Shown one piece after another: positions 35,601 to 49,438 of a DNA stretch of 64,000 nt; positions within the stretch are counted from its first letter, which is position 1; every line of letters starts with the position of its first letter. The stretch is taken from contig NC_068982.1 in NCBI RefSeq assembly GCF_001194135.2, forward strand, positions 93,161,064 through 93,225,063. The letters are read 5' to 3'. Under the pieces are notes generated by a model. The model worked only from the letters and a program-made list of their open reading frames with translations. It made no database searches and had not been told where the DNA came from. Source of the DNA: Octopus bimaculoides. Its lineage: Eukaryota. The translations under genes were made by a program, and so were the position numbers.

Positions 35601-36125
35601 AGTACATTCTTGCGAACAATTATCCATCTCTTCCACTATATCATTTTAGTTTCTCATATTCCCAGCATCACCTGACATCTTTGTTTTAATAGCTTGTAAC
35701 TCCAATTCTGTCAACCATCCATTCTTCCGTATTGCTCTTGTTTGGTCACATAATCTCTGTTCAGTAATTTTAAACAGATCCATTGCCTTTTATTCTCTGT
35801 GCATTCGTTTTCTGTACCCTCTGACTGGCACGCCATTTGCATCCACTGGGATGCTCCAGTAATAACCATCATGTTTACTCCATAACCATCATGTTTACTC
35901 CATAACCATCATGTTTACTCCATAACCATCATGTTTACTTGTGTACTCCCCTTATTTCTCGCAGCATGGCTAGCAGTGGCTGGATTACGACCGGGCCCAC
36001 CCTGCTGCACAGTGGGATACCTGCCGGGTGCAGCACCTTCACCATTGGTTCCAGTCCCGTTCACACCGTTATCGTTAGCTATTTTGCTGGGCATTTTCAC
36101 TCATTGTTCTTATTCATAGTTGAGG
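32626..36125 (-). mobile_element. R4/Dong-like RLE LINE #2, near full length but heavily frameshifted
   Basis: N-terminal ..[19 protein letters not shown] motifs (AWIDYRKAYDMIPHSW, IFQGDSLS.LLF, HLFFMNDLKLY), RGLINCQDC, Zn-knuckle region and RLE (HRKLDIVV...IIIGAL). Confidence 0.85.
35862..35939. repeat. 20-bp tandem repeat x3.9 (ATAACCATCATGTTTACTCC) inside the LINE ORF
   Basis: Units start at 35862, 35882, 35902 and 35922; introduces a TAA stop on the minus strand. Confidence 0.95.
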
Positions 36126-36744
36126 AAATACGTAACTTCCTTTTTTACGTCCAAAAGAATTAAGTACGTCTCGGAAAACATGTATAAAAATCTTCTGTGT
36201 GAGAATGTCGTCATAATGTTTGAAGATGATAGTATTACTACTTTTCTGGAACGTCTCACTTTATCGGCAATCTGTCAATATAGTCAATATCTTTATAAAA
36301 AGTAGACTGTTGGACACTTTCATTTACTGCCGTAATGTTTTTACATCAACAGTTTTATTATAAACAGTAGATTTATTAGTATTGTATTGCCAGGCTCGCT
36401 AGTATGTCAGACAAATGCCTTACGTTGCTTAGTTGCGTTCCTTTATGTTCTGCACTCAAATCCTGCTGAGATTAACTTTGCCTGTCATCGTCCTGGGGTT
36501 GAAAGTTGGAGAAACCCCTACAAAATTAACTGAAATTACATGAACAAGAAAAAAAAAAACTTTGACAACACTACTTCAGCACAGGTCGAAAATGTATAAA
36601 GGATATGTAGAATTTCACATGACACATTAAGAAAGGAAGGAAATCTGGGAAGTCGATAGTCCTACGCTTCAATGAAAAGAGGGCTTGAAAAATTACCCCC
36701 AAATACGCGCTCCTTTGAGGAATATTCACTACTGACAATATTAA

Positions 36745-36842
36745 AACATTGGTTTCTAAATTTTGACATAAGGCCAGCAATTATGGCGGAGGAAGTCGAT
36801 TACATTGACCCCAGTACTCAACTGGTACTTATTTTATCGAAA
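36745..36842 (-). mobile_element. SINE family A 3' fragment
   Basis: GTCGATTACATTGACCCCAGTACTCAACTGGTACTTATTTTATCGA. Confidence 0.7.
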
Positions 36843-36844
36843 TC

Positions 36845-36882
<38 letters not shown>

Positions 36883-36909
36883 TAATAATAATAATGATAA
36901 TAATAATAA

Positions 36910-37467
36910 CATCCCCTGATGCAGTACCAGGCAGTGGCTCTCATTGCTTCTCATCTTGACTGAGTGGAAGTGTTATCATGTACATTGTTTTGTCTTGGTA
37001 TAAAAGATGGGCTGCAGCAAATATTCTGCTCAGTATCACAGGTTTGCTTGTCAGTTGTTTGGCCATAACCAGTTGAGCACGTCCTTTAGTGGCTGACGAT
37101 ATGTTGTATCTCTGATCACGAGCAGAAGTAGTTGGGGAGCATCATAGCCATGTGTTGAGAGGAATTCTTTGGGATTTGGATCGTTCACCTTTGGAAACAT
37201 GGGTGTTTCGTTCAACATCCTTAAACAACCCTTATTCAGGGCCATTTTGAGCGGGATGGGCTACTTGACCTGAAGAAAATTCTAACTGGGCTCCACCTAC
37301 AAGGTTATGCGCTGTTTATCTTGATATGAGATCATCATGTCACACACATATGGTTGTGATGCATATGCTTGGTGTACCCTTATCAAACGGGTAGTCATGA
37401 TGGGTATACTGGGCTTCATATATTTTACCCCAATGTCACTTTATTGGCATGCACTGCTCTCTCTCAC

Positions 37468-37468
<1 letters not shown>
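36910..37468. mobile_element. ~560-bp non-coding interspersed element flanked on both sides by (AAT)n
   Basis: GC-richer, sharply bounded block between (AAT)n tracts 36845-36909 and 37469-37524. No recognisable protein. Recalled as a common octopus repeat (unverified). Confidence 0.6.
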
Positions 37469-37524
<56 letters not shown>

Positions 37525-37527
<3 letters not shown>

Positions 37528-38812
37528 TCTGACATAGAAAGGCTATATATACAACGTACAGAAGGTGGTAGAGGTCTTATACAGCTGGAAAACTATTATA
37601 AAATAACCACCATAGGACTGCAAAAATACCTACTTCAGAAGCAAGGAAAACTAATACAAATAGCCACAAAACACGAGCAAAACAAAAAACTGTTTTCAGT
37701 ATTTANNNNNNNNNNNNNNNNNNNNNNNNNNNNNNNNNNNNNNNNNNNNNNNNNNNNNNNNNNNNNNNNNNNNNNNNNNNNNNNNNNNNNNNNNNNNNNN
37801 NNNNNNNNNNNNNNNNNNNNNNNNNNNNNNNNNNNNNNNNNNNNNNNNNNNNNNNNNNNNNNNNNNNNNNNNNNNNNNNNNNNNNNNNNNNNNNNNNNNN
37901 NNNNNNNNNNNNNNNNNNNNNNNNNNNNNNNNNNNNNNNNNNNNNNNNNNNNNNNNNNNNNNNNNNNNNNNNNNNNNNNNNNNNNNNNNNNNNNNNNNNN
38001 NNNNNNNNNNNNNNNNNNNNNNNNNNNNNNNNNNNNNNNNNNNNNNNNNNNNNNNNNNNNNNNNNNNNNNNNNNNNNNNNNNNNNNNNNNNNNNNNNNNN
38101 NNNNNNNNNNNNNNNNNNNNNNNNNNNNNNNNNNNNNNNNNNNNNNNNNNNNNNNNNNNNNNNNNNNNNNNNNNNNNNNNNNNNNNNNNNNNNNNNNNNN
38201 NNNNNNNNNNNNNNNNNNNNNNNNNNNNNNNNNNNNNNNNNNNNNNNNNNNNNNNNNNNNNNNCTATGCCAACACTATGGAATAACAACAGAAAAAAGAT
38301 GGTATAAACACACGCCAGAAAAGGTCACAGAAAACGAGAAAGCAACCATACTCTGGGATATGCCAATACACACAAATAGAGAAATTAAGGCCAATAGACC
38401 AGATATAGTTGTCAAAGATCATGAAGTTAAAAAATGCTTTCTAATTGATGTATCAATACCAGCAGATGACAACGTTTCCCTAAAAGAAATGGAAAAACTT
38501 TCAAAATACAAAGACCTGGAAATAAAGGTAACTCGAATGTGGAATCTAAAAACAGAAGCAATTCCTATCATAGTAGGTGCTTTAGATATAATAAAAAAAT
38601 GTTCAGACAAATACATAACAAAAACACCAGGACTTACAAATATATATAACATACAGAAAATTGCACTACTGGGCACTGCACACATCCTACGCAAAACACT
38701 TTCAATACAGTAACCATAAGAGCATCACAGCAAACCACAGCACATACCCAAGGCACACAGAGCTGTGCTCGGTAGTGAAATGAAAGCACGTTATAAAAAT
38801 AAAACTACTGAA
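37525..38812 (+). mobile_element. R4/Dong-like RLE LINE 3' fragment #3 (spans N-gap)
   Basis: DIERLYIQRTEGGRGLIQL ... ANRPDIVVKD..CFLIDVSIP.D...KEMEKLSKYKDLEI..IQKIALLGTAHILRK*. Begins and ends in (AAT)n. Confidence 0.9.
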
Positions 38813-39075
38813 CAATAATAATAATAATAATAATAGTAAGTGCAAAAAATCGTGTTAACTTGAACGACTCATGTACTGAGAAGAGCATTATAAATGTGAA
38901 AACACCATCCATTCATGAATTTATTTATTTATTAAATTTTTTAATACATATTTTACCTGTGAATTTGCGTGTGTAAACTGAGAATGCATACAATGAGCTT
39001 CTCTGCCCTAGGTGTACGGAAAACACTCGGTGAGAAATGGAAGAAAATTTGAAGAAAGAAGAAAAAACAACAACG

Positions 39076-39116
<41 letters not shown>

Positions 39117-39137
39117 AATAATAATAAGAAGAAGAAT

Positions 39138-39307
39138 CCTTTCTATTGCAGGCACAAGGCCTGAAATTTGGGGAATGGATGTGGTCGATTACATCGACCC
39201 AGTACTTGACTGGTACTTTTTTATCGACTCCGAAAAGATGAAAGGCAAATTTGACCTCGGCGGAATTTGAACTCAGGACATAAAAGGCGGATGAAATGTC
39301 GCTAAGG
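39138..39307 (-). mobile_element. SINE family A
   Basis: Reverse complement of the family A body next to an (AAC)n(AAT)n tract. Confidence 0.8.
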
Positions 39308-40040
39308 GAACACCAGCATCCTCTCACCGATTAGCCGGAGATGATTTTTAAAATGAGAATATCGGAAATAAACTCGACTGCTCTCACAAACGAAAATACT
39401 ATAAGTGAACCCGACCGCTCTCAAAAATTAAGTAAAAAAAAAAAAAAAATTGGAAAAATAATCCTGAATCCTTGTCTAGTACCGGATCGATCCCCAAATC
39501 TAGTCAGTTCGTGCCAGTCATGAGGCTAAACATCACTGAAAGTTTCATCCNNNNNNNNNNNNNNNNNNNNNNNNNNNNNNNNNNNNNNNNNNNNNNNNNN
39601 NNNNNNNNNNNNNNNNNNNNNNNNNNNNNNNNNNNNNNNNNNNNNNNNNNNNNNNNNNNNNNNNNNNNNNNNNNNNNNNNNNNNNNNNNNNNNNNNNNNN
39701 NNNNNNNNNNNNNNNNNNNNNNNNNNNNNNNNNNNNNNNNNNNNNNNNNNNNNNNNNNNNNNNNNNNNNNNNNNNNNNNNNNNNNNNNNNNNNNNNNNNN
39801 NNNNNNNNNNNNNNNNNNNNNNNNNNNNNNNNNNNNNNNNNNNNNNNNNNNNNNNNNNNNNNNNNNNNNNNNNNNNNNNNNNNNNNNNNNNNNNNNNNNN
39901 NNNNNNNNNNNNNNNNNNNNNNNNNNNNNNNNNNNNNNNNNNNNNNNNNNNNNNNNNNNNNNNNNNNNNNNNNNNNNNNNNNNNNNNNNNNNNNNNNNNN
40001 NNNNNNNNNNNNNNNNNNNNNNNNNNNNNNNNNNNNNNNN

Positions 40041-40227
<187 letters not shown>

Positions 40228-40644
40228 TTACTGTTGATGTTATATAAACCACATTGCTCGTGTTTCTTCTAAATTAAATATTACACACGTTTTATCAAAC
40301 AACATCCCCATGATTTATTCAACTGTTAAATTATGTATGTATACATTTCTACATGGATGTTGACCTTAACGTTAAAATACACTGTGTTATCAAGCATTCG
40401 AGTTTTCTGGCTTTCTATTGGAAGTACTATCTTCACCAAAATGTTTCTGATCATATTTCATGAGATATGTAGAATAAAATCAGGTATCATAATTACCAGA
40501 TTTATTATATATCACATTGCAAAGCTGTCCTCTAGTCCTCTGATCAGTTAACAGGTCGGAGCTTTCCTAGTTCTATACTGACTACTCCTGGCAGCAGACA
40601 TGCTTCATTTTCACTCATCGAAAGTAGTCAAGTGAGTATTACGG

Positions 40645-40770
40645 AGTATTGGGAAAGTCATTAGAGAGTTGAAGAGAACGCTCTCCGATATCTGTTCTGA
40701 TTCTTTGTGCTCTGAGATCAAATCCCGCTGAGACCAACTTTACCTTTCCTCCTTTCGGAGGTTGATAAAT
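40645..40770 (+). mobile_element. Diverged SINE family A 5' part
   Basis: TCTGAGATCAAATCCCGCTGAGACCAACTTTACCTTTC..TCGGAGGTTGATAAA. Confidence 0.55.
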
Positions 40771-43700
40771 GGTCATGAGCACTACTGTAAATGGTCATGA
40801 GCACTACTGACTAAAAAAGTAAAAATGTTATTTTGTATGTTTCGCCTTATCTTTCACTTGCGCAAAGCCCAAATTTCAAAATCCCCGAAGAATTCATTCA
40901 CTCGGTGCTGTGTTACAACAGTTCATATGAATAACATCCCTTACAACAACCACCAGAAGTAATTTAACATCAATGGTTAGAAGGCTTCAATTCTCTCCAT
41001 GGACGCCTGGGAAATGATCGAATGGAATTTTTTCTATTAATCATTTATCTAAACTAACGCGGTAGATAGTCTTGATGGTGTTTTTTCCATTATTCTTGAA
41101 TAGTGCGCTTCAGAACTTCCTTCTATGTAACCAAACTCATTAATCATTCTTTTACAGTAGGGATCTATTTTAATCTACAGAAGCATTCGAAGTGCTGCAC
41201 TTCTGAAAGGTAATGGAAACGTTTGTGATCAATCACCTTCGCCACATTGAATCTGTTTCCATTTTTAGCGAGCACCAATATAGTTCATGTAGAGCTAGAT
41301 CTACGTGAGATTTGTTCTCTATGAGCCAATAGAGGAGCTTCTACGTGGCCATTCGGTCTACTAGAAACACTTACTGATTGATTTTCGTATTAACATTACC
41401 GTCTTACAACGGGAAGGATACATTGGATAATGCAATCTTAGATAAAATACATTAAAAGAATAAAGTGAGTTGATAATAAAGTGCTTTTGAAAATCAATTT
41501 ACCCAATCAGAGCTGAAGTGAGGCTTAACCACAAATTTCTTTCCTGTGTAACGTAGCATTGGTCTATTTGAGTTTTAACCCACCTTAGAGTTTCAAACAG
41601 TCACTGATGAAAACAAGGCGGGTTGGTGATTTTTCAATGGTCCGTTTGGCATTAATATTATAGAAAATTTTAACAAGACGACGTACTCTCCTTCTTTTTC
41701 AAACGTTTACTATTCAGCTCTTCACTTTATTTTCAACAGAAGATACAATAACCAACGTATGTATAATCACTGCAATAAAACCATCAATGTGGGCATTAAG
41801 TCGATTTTAACACTATCCTTTAATAAAATCCTAGGTTCGCTTTCCAAGGGTGAGAAATGACATTCACAGTTGATGATGAATATGCAAGTAGGAAATCCCA
41901 AACCCTTTCTTTTTTCATTTTTTAAAAATCTGGTATACTTCAGATGATTTTTCAGTCAATAATTCATCTTTAAATTTGCAAATTTGGATGGCAGATTTAC
42001 AAGCTTTACATTCTCCAATGACAAGTCTTAAGATCCCTTTGACCATGTCTCCAACCATTTTATATTTGGTGACGGCTAAATCCTAGGCAGGGGAATTTTG
42101 AGTGTCTTCTTTACTTTTCTTTCATAAGGTTATGACCCCAAAAGCTAGATGTTTGTCTGTTCCTTTCATTTGACGTATTTATTTTCCGTTTACATATTCT
42201 TTACTTTTCTTTCGGTCAGAGCTTTTAATGACCTATTTGCCGCACATAACACAATTCCATATGAAGTCTACATAATCCGGTACTATAATGCAGCAATAGA
42301 TAGCCTTCGACCCATGGGTCCTTCCGTGTGCACACCTAACGAAAAAATTACCTTTAATTCCTTCTTTAATAGTGTGGCTGTCCTGATGGTGAGCCATGTC
42401 TTGTAAACTGAGGAAAATTAAGGAAGCTGCACCTATAAGATTAACTGAGAATCTGAGTAACCCACCACAGATTCCATCATAATATATAGGCATCATAGTT
42501 CAAAATAATTTTCAATATCAGCATTTTCCAACTTGCCTATCACAAAATGGTAAAACGTTGTGTTGTTTAGGTCTCGGCTAACGTTGGCAGAGCAGGCATA
42601 TGATTAAAGGCGTTCTCAAGATGTGTCTATCCTGTCTTTTTAGGAATACTTAGAACGAAATGATCTAGCGAGTCATACTTTTAGTACTGTAGGCTGTGAT
42701 TTGGAGGAGATTCGGTAGCTATCTATGGCCAGTTGAACGACCACGTAGCGACCATTGGTTTATGAAAAACTGTGTTAGAATCAAAACTTCTGGATTCGAC
42801 ACTTAAAGTTAAAAGCCCTGGTATAAGACATCCTAAGACATATATCGCGGGAGCGAGAAAAGAAGTAAAATAGTTTAGAAACCTCAAATTAAAGTTGTGT
42901 TGATGCTTCGTAATTTCTTACATGTTTCAGGGTAGGTGGCATTTAGTATTTTCTCTCAGAAGCGCCAGGTGTTTTGTACAGTGTACCGCGAAACCCTATG
43001 AATTAACATTGAGAATAATACCGAGAAGGAAGTAAAGTGCCACAACTGACTCTGTCTTCCGTAGGAGTATATCTTCCAAACGTCACATTCACAGCCATTT
43101 CTCTCTAGAAAAAAATATTCACAAAACTAGAAGCGATGCTATGTCTAGACAAAACGTTATCGATAACCAAAAGAAGAAATAGATAAGTGCAAATAGGGAA
43201 TAGAAGTGTTACAAATCAAGCAATTTTCTTTACTTTTTTCTTCCGATTTTATTTTATTCTTGAAAATCTATGACTATATTACGCGTCAATGCTTACTTTA
43301 CTATCGCTTAGCTGCTTGAGATTAGCAACATCCCAAGGGAGGAGATGGATACAATATGGTTAGAAAAACTTCTCAATTTTCAATATTACCCTACGCCCTA
43401 TAATTCTATTAACACACACCAACCCTATTTTGATTACTCAAATAGGTCTGGTAGAGAAATAGTAAAACGTATGGCTGTAGCAGTTGTAGGTTCTCCTGTT
43501 GTTGGTATTAAAATTGCAATATTTGAATTATTTCTTAAAAAAATATGATGTTTTGGACAACTTGTAGGGCACGTAATTCCGTGTCGTTACGCTTCATCAG
43601 CTACAGACACCGAATTTGTCGTTCATAACGCACTAATCAACACACGCGCGCACATGCGCACGCACACACGTACATGCGCACGCACACACGTACAAGCGCA

Positions 43701-44439
43701 CGCACACACGCACATAAATAGGGAACAGCTTCTGAACTTGCTTATAATGAAAACACTACTACGTACGAGTTTAATCCTTTTTATAAAGACTTTTTCATCG
43801 TATTAGACCTGTATGTTTAGTTTTAAAAAATAGCGTTCATTACTTGACATTTTAAGACTTTTTCCATCATTATCAAAATAATACAATGACAGCAATAACA
43901 ATCCGTATGTTGTTCGTACACTTTGCAGTAGACCGAATGGGAACATGTGACTGCTGTTATAACCGATATAATCATCAACGCATGATTTAAAAATCATACA
44001 ATGACTTATCTGTGGGTTGGTTTATGGTTCGCGTTTCGCTATTAGTAAATCTTCCATATTTTCTCTCATTTTTCTTCTTTTTTGTGTGTGTGAAATATTG
44101 GACTTCTCTCAACTAATGTTTAGCTAATTTTATGGAAAAATAATGGCTTGTAATGAATCGTTGTAAATGCAGTTAAACGATGTAACAGTTTGAGTCGTGA
44201 AGTTTAAAACTTTCAAGTTCACTTTAAAATTTGGTAAACCCAATGGGTATCTGATGAACGTCTTGTGCTTTGCTAGTTGGTGGCTTCGTGTTGATAAGGA
44301 GTTTTGTTTTCATTCTGATGGTATTCTAATATATTCTGACAGTTTGTAGATGGGTGTAATATACACAGTATTCTGTTTTAATTTCTTTTTATGACGTATT
44401 TCTCCATTTTGTAAAGTGCATGTAGTTTTTGCAGTTCAA

Positions 44440-45130
44440 AGATACATCTATAACTCACTTGTACAAAAACAAAGGGAAGAAGAGTGTATGTGATAATTGC
44501 AGGGAATAAGATTAGCTGGAAAAATTCTTGCGGGGTTGATTCTTAACCGCATCAATTAGCATGCAGTAAACAGCATGTGTCCTGAATTCCAATGTGGATT
44601 TCGGTCTGATATGCTTTTTGCCTATTGGCAAGTTTTTTAAAAAGTGTGTGTGTGGGGGGGAATAATGGGAGCAAAATTTTGGCTTGTACATGGTCTTTGT
44701 TGACTCGACCAAGGCCTTTGATATATTGAATCGGGAGGAGCTTTGGAAAATTTTGTCTAAAGTTGGTCTTTCTGATAAAATGATAAGGGTAATAGTATCC
44801 CTGCAACGTAAAATAGCAAGATAAGATATCAAATGTCAAACTTTGTTTAAAAAAAGGTGATATCTCTCGTATCGAAAGAATACTGTTGAAAATTCCTTGC
44901 ATTTTGTTCGAATGCAGGGTGATCGCATTCTGAACATTATTTTGTAAGGCCATCAAGTAGAGGGATTCCTATACCTAAGGAATAAGATATTAGGATAAGT
45001 TGAAACAATCACTAAAATCCCTGCAGCTTAATTTATCATCTTGGGAAAGTATTGCCTATGAGTGGCGTAAAATGTGTTTTGATGCATCTAAACAATTTGA
45101 GTTGAAGAAACGGAACAATGAAAGAATTAT
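44440..45130 (+). mobile_element. RTE (BovB-type) LINE fragment with internal deletion
   Basis: HLYKNKGKKSVCDN, PEFQCGFR, LYMVFVDSTKAFDILNREELWKIL; then the C-terminal HFVRMQGDRI and LKQSLKSLQL...WESIA. Confidence 0.75.
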
Positions 45131-45353
45131 ACCCTGCAATCAACAGACACATTTGTTCAATCCAGGCAAAATCAAAATTATCATTATCCCCATTGTGACT
45201 TCATTGCAAAATCCATACTTGGATTCAAAGTACATTTACGCTTCCATCGCAAATAGATGCAGCTCCTTTCGTATTTAATCCTTTTTTTAAAAATCCTTTT
45301 TCTGCAAACACTCATTCATTGAAATCGACGGGAGTGATCTGTTATTATTATTT

Positions 45354-46320
45354 ACTTTTAATCTGCGTGCTTGTTACAATCATTTGCCCAGACACACCTA
45401 GCGTCCTAGGGCGAGTGAAAGATAAGAGCTGTTACAGTATGACTGAAGGCTTGGGGAGGGGAAGTGGCAGGGGCAGTAGCGAAATATCTTTATATAATAC
45501 AGCACAGACATTTAAACTGATAGGGACTTTCTAAGGATGTGAGCAGTACTTGTCAGCACAATCTTTTGGATTTCTCTGAGACACGGTTCTCCTGGGATAT
45601 CATCTACATGTTTCTGATAGCTCTTTCTTATCATACCAAGGGTGCTCACTATAGCAGGAACAGTTCTCGCTTCAAGATGCCACATCTTTTCTGTATTTCA
45701 ATTTCCAGGTCCTTATATTTGCTTAATTTTTCAAATTCATTTACAGATATATTTTTTATTAGTGGGAAGACTTACATCTATTAGTCAATGAGTATTTTCT
45801 TCCCTGTCTTTAATGACTACGTCAGGTCGATTACCCTGGATCTTTCTATCTGTGTTGACTGGAAAATCTCAGAGGATAGTGATAGTTTAACGTTCAACGA
45901 GTGGCTAAGGGTGATGTTCAAGGGTGCTGATTTTGTAATGTTTACATATTTTCCAATCTAAATACTGTCCTACCCTATCATGACGATTTTTGTATTCGTC
46001 TGGTGTCTGTACAGGATATTCCGAGACGAGATGGTCTAATGTTTCATCAAATTTATCGCATAATCTATATTTAGAATCAGAACCGTTTTGAAGAACGTAA
46101 GTCTGATAGTTTTTGACAAGCAAGCTTTGATCTTGTGCCACCAATATGAAACCTTCAGTCTCTGCTTTCAGTCCTGAGCTTCTTAGCCACTAATGTGTTG
46201 TTGCTTGGTCTACATCAACATTTCGGCTTCGAAGTATATATTGTCCATGCAGAGGCTTCTGGTTCTATCGCTTATCAATTTGTTTCTTCCCGTTCTTTTT
46301 TGCAGTCTGTTTGATCCGTT
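45354..46320 (-). mobile_element. R4/Dong-like RLE LINE 3' fragment #4
   Basis: LHGQY..WLRSSGLKAETEGFILVAQDQSL...CD..DETLDHLVS...RHDRVGQYL.W, then the RLE region and UTR. TTA repeats at the 3' end, (CAT)n at the 5' end. Confidence 0.85.
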
Positions 46321-46353
<33 letters not shown>

Positions 46354-46386
46354 GTCGTCGTCGTCATCATCGTCGTCCGTCTTCAA

Positions 46387-46476
<90 letters not shown>

Positions 46477-46512
46477 CATCATCATCATCATTATTATTAA
46501 TATCATTATTAT
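46321..46512. repeat. Compound (CAT)n/(CGT)n/(ATT)n microsatellite
   Basis: Directly visible between LINE fragments #4 and #5. Confidence 0.95.
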
Positions 46513-46516
46513 CATT

Positions 46517-47433
46517 GCCTTTGCACAGCTTCTAACGCTGGAGATGTACTACAGTGTCAGCTGTTCACTACCAGTGAACTAAGGTAACGCCTCTTATTTT
46601 TTGAGCACCTTCTGGAGTATTCGAGCGGTTCCAAGCAGTGCTGTTTTCTGCAAGCGCTCCACCCTTATTGCAGCCCCTATTTGTTCCATGTACTTCTCGA
46701 GATTTCAGCTCACTGTTCCCAGGGCTCCGACAATTATTGGTACTAGTGCTACCTTTTTTCATCGACCACAACTGCTTAACTTCCCAAGCTAACCTGTCAT
46801 ATCTCTCGACTTTTCTTTCTTCTTTATCGCACACCTTGTTGTCAGCTGGGCATGCTATATGAATGATCCAGCATAGTTTGTTTCCTTTTTCAATTAAGAC
46901 TATGTCCGGCTTCCTATTCTCTATCTCATGGTCACACTGAATCATAAAATCCCAAAGGAACTTTGCATTTTTATTTTCAACGATGCCTTCAAGTTTGTGG
47001 TCGTACCAATTTTTTTCTCTGTCAACTCCATACTTGTTGCAAAGTGTCCAATAGACAATCCTGGCTATATTGTCGTGGTGTCTCTTATATTCCTTCTGGG
47101 CTAGTGGTGTACATTGGCTGGTAATATGCCATATGGTTTCACCGTTTTGTCCACAGATTCTGCACTTATCACTTTCTGATTTGTTGTCTACTCTGTATTT
47201 TATGTAGTTTGTTCTTAATGCTTGCTCTTGGGCAGCATAGATTAGAGCCTCAGTTTTCGGTTTTAAATCAATTATTTTACTTATAGCCTGTTTCTTCTAT
47301 CTGCTTCATAACCTCCCCCGACGGTATTGTTAGCCCGTCTATACATTTGATTTTGCCTCTCTTCAAGACTAACACACCACACTCTCTCAGTCCGAACTCC
47401 ATTCTGATATCAGCGCTGGAGGTATACACCGTA
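46517..47433 (-). mobile_element. R4/Dong-like RLE LINE 3' fragment #5 (internal deletion)
   Basis: DIRMEFGLRECG..GEVMKQIEETGYK / LKPKTEALIYAAQEQAL ... ENRKPDIVLIEK..IACPAD..KERKVERY. (ATT)n on both sides. Confidence 0.85.
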
Positions 47434-47450
47434 TCATTATTATTATTGTC

Positions 47451-47486
<36 letters not shown>

Positions 47487-47501
47487 GTTGTTGTTGTTGT
47501 T

Positions 47502-47552
<51 letters not shown>

Positions 47553-47595
47553 ATTATTATTATTATTATTATTATCATTATTATTATTATTATTA

Positions 47596-47695
47596 TAAAG
47601 TGGTGAGGTGACAGAATCGATAGCACGCTGGACAAAATGTTTAGCGGTATTTCGCCGGCCTTTACATTCTGAGTTCAAATTCCGCCGAGTTCAAG
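47596..47695 (+). mobile_element. SINE family A head, 3'-truncated
   Basis: GTGGTGAGGTGACAGAATCG..TTCTGAGTTCAAATTCCGCCGAG. Confidence 0.75.
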
Positions 47696-47699
47696 TTAG

Positions 47700-48945
47700 T
47701 GTTATGCTTAGGGTGTCATATATTTGGTTTTGCACATAGTATCGTTTTAGAGAATGTTTAAGAAAACATAAGAAAATTATGAGTTTGTTTTAAAATTTGA
47801 GATTACATAGATAGTATTTTACGTAGGATATGGGCAGCTCCCATCAGCATTATCTTTTGAATTTCTACCATTTTGGGGTTTCCTGGTATTCGAGCTAGGT
47901 AGCAATCAGCCCCGTTAGCTATCATTCCTAGTGCACCTATGATAACATGTTTTGTTTTAGTCTTCAGGTTCCGCATTTTGCCAATTTCTATTTCAAGATC
48001 TTTATATTTGTTCAGTTTTTGGTAGATCTTGACAGAAACATTTATGTCGATTGGGACAGTCATATCAATGATGCGGCATGATTTTTGTCTGAAGTCTTTC
48101 AATATAATGTCTGGACTATTCGCATATATCTTTCTGTCAGTTTGAACGGTGAAGTTCCAGAGGAGTGAGATGCGATCATTTTCAAACACTGGAGGTGGTT
48201 TGTGTTCCCACCAGTTTTTATCATGGAACAGGTTCAGGTTTTTGCAAATTACCCAGTGAATATATTGTGCTGCTCTACCATGCCTGTTGAGAAACTTTGT
48301 AGGCACAAAAATACTGCACATGGAGACAATATGATCAATGGTTTCATTTCATTGTTTACATGGTGGGCTACTGCCGTTCTTTAATGTGTTGGCCTGGTAT
48401 CGCTTTGTATGTAGGTATAGATCTTGGGCTGCTATGATAAACCCTTCTGTCTCTGATTCAACATCGGAACTATTAGCTCTCTTTGGGTATTTGCCATTGA
48501 GAGGTTTTTCGTGCCATTTATCAGTAAGAACATCTAAGGCAACAATTTTATTACGGGTTTTCATACGCTTAGCTTTTTCGGTGCTTGTTCCGAGTACGTC
48601 TAATTCTGGGATTTGTTGTATTTGGAATTCATTTAGATATTCTTTTGCCTGTTTTGTTACTGAGCATGATGCTTTTCTTTCCATGCTTTAAGACAAGTTC
48701 TAACTTCCAGTCCTCGATCCTGTTTCTTGCATTTAGCTCTGTCTTGAGTATTGCCTTTAACCTGCGATAACATTCTCTTCTGATCCTTTCCTTCATCATT
48801 GAATGTTTGATTCCATCACCTCCGCTCTTCGCTGGTTCTAATTCCTTTATGACATTCTGCTGGTCAAGGTTGTAGCTCTCCGATGGTTCTGGTTCTAACT
48901 CTTTTATGACATTCTGCTGGTCAAGATTAACGTTGGGTATTTTTG

Positions 48946-48950
<5 letters not shown>
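47700..48950 (-). mobile_element. R4/Dong-like RLE LINE 3' fragment #6
   Basis: ORF 47803-48321 (..ANSPDIILKD..IIDMTVP.D...KYKDLEIEI..IIGALG..QKIMLMGAAHILRK*) plus ETEGFIIAAQD and a duplicated NLDQQNVIKELEP. The 5' end abuts (ATT)n. Confidence 0.85.
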
Positions 48951-49019
<69 letters not shown>

Positions 49020-49020
49020 T

Positions 49021-49438
49021 AGGTTTTCTCAAGTTCGGTCTTATTCCTGGTCTAGATTATATGGATAGCAGGTTACTGTAATCTTAGGTATCTACAAGTT
49101 TTCAGCAGTCTTTCAAGTGCTTAAGACCCTCCTGGTAATCCTTGCAGTCCCTAAGAAGCAAACTTTTTGTAGTAGCTCTACTGGGCATTCTATTTCAGTC
49201 TCCCTCAGCCATTTGTCTCTATCTTAGTTTACTATTCCCAGCGTACCAATTATTAAAGGCACAGCCTTTACTGTTCGCATACTCTAAATTCTTCCCGTTT
49301 AAAATTTTAGGGGGTTGTATTTATTTGTTTTTGCTTTTCTTCCTCTTTCTTTACGATCCCGGAATCAAATGGGCATGATGGCTCGATAAGTAAGCAACTT
49401 CGCTTTTCCTTATCTGGTCTATTATTTTCTAACTTCTT

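Noticed and set aside
40766-40809. 22-bp tandem duplication TAAATGGTCATGAGCACTACTG
   Set aside because: Local duplication at a SINE break point; no further significance visible.
40860-41300. Possible Tc1/mariner remnant (DHFPG..; NYFWW)
   Set aside because: Too degenerate to support without an HMM search.
41500-42500. Possible decayed Gypsy integrase on the minus strand (..DFIWNCVMCGK; WDFLLAYS)
   Set aside because: Only two weak motif resemblances amid many stops; needs a profile search.
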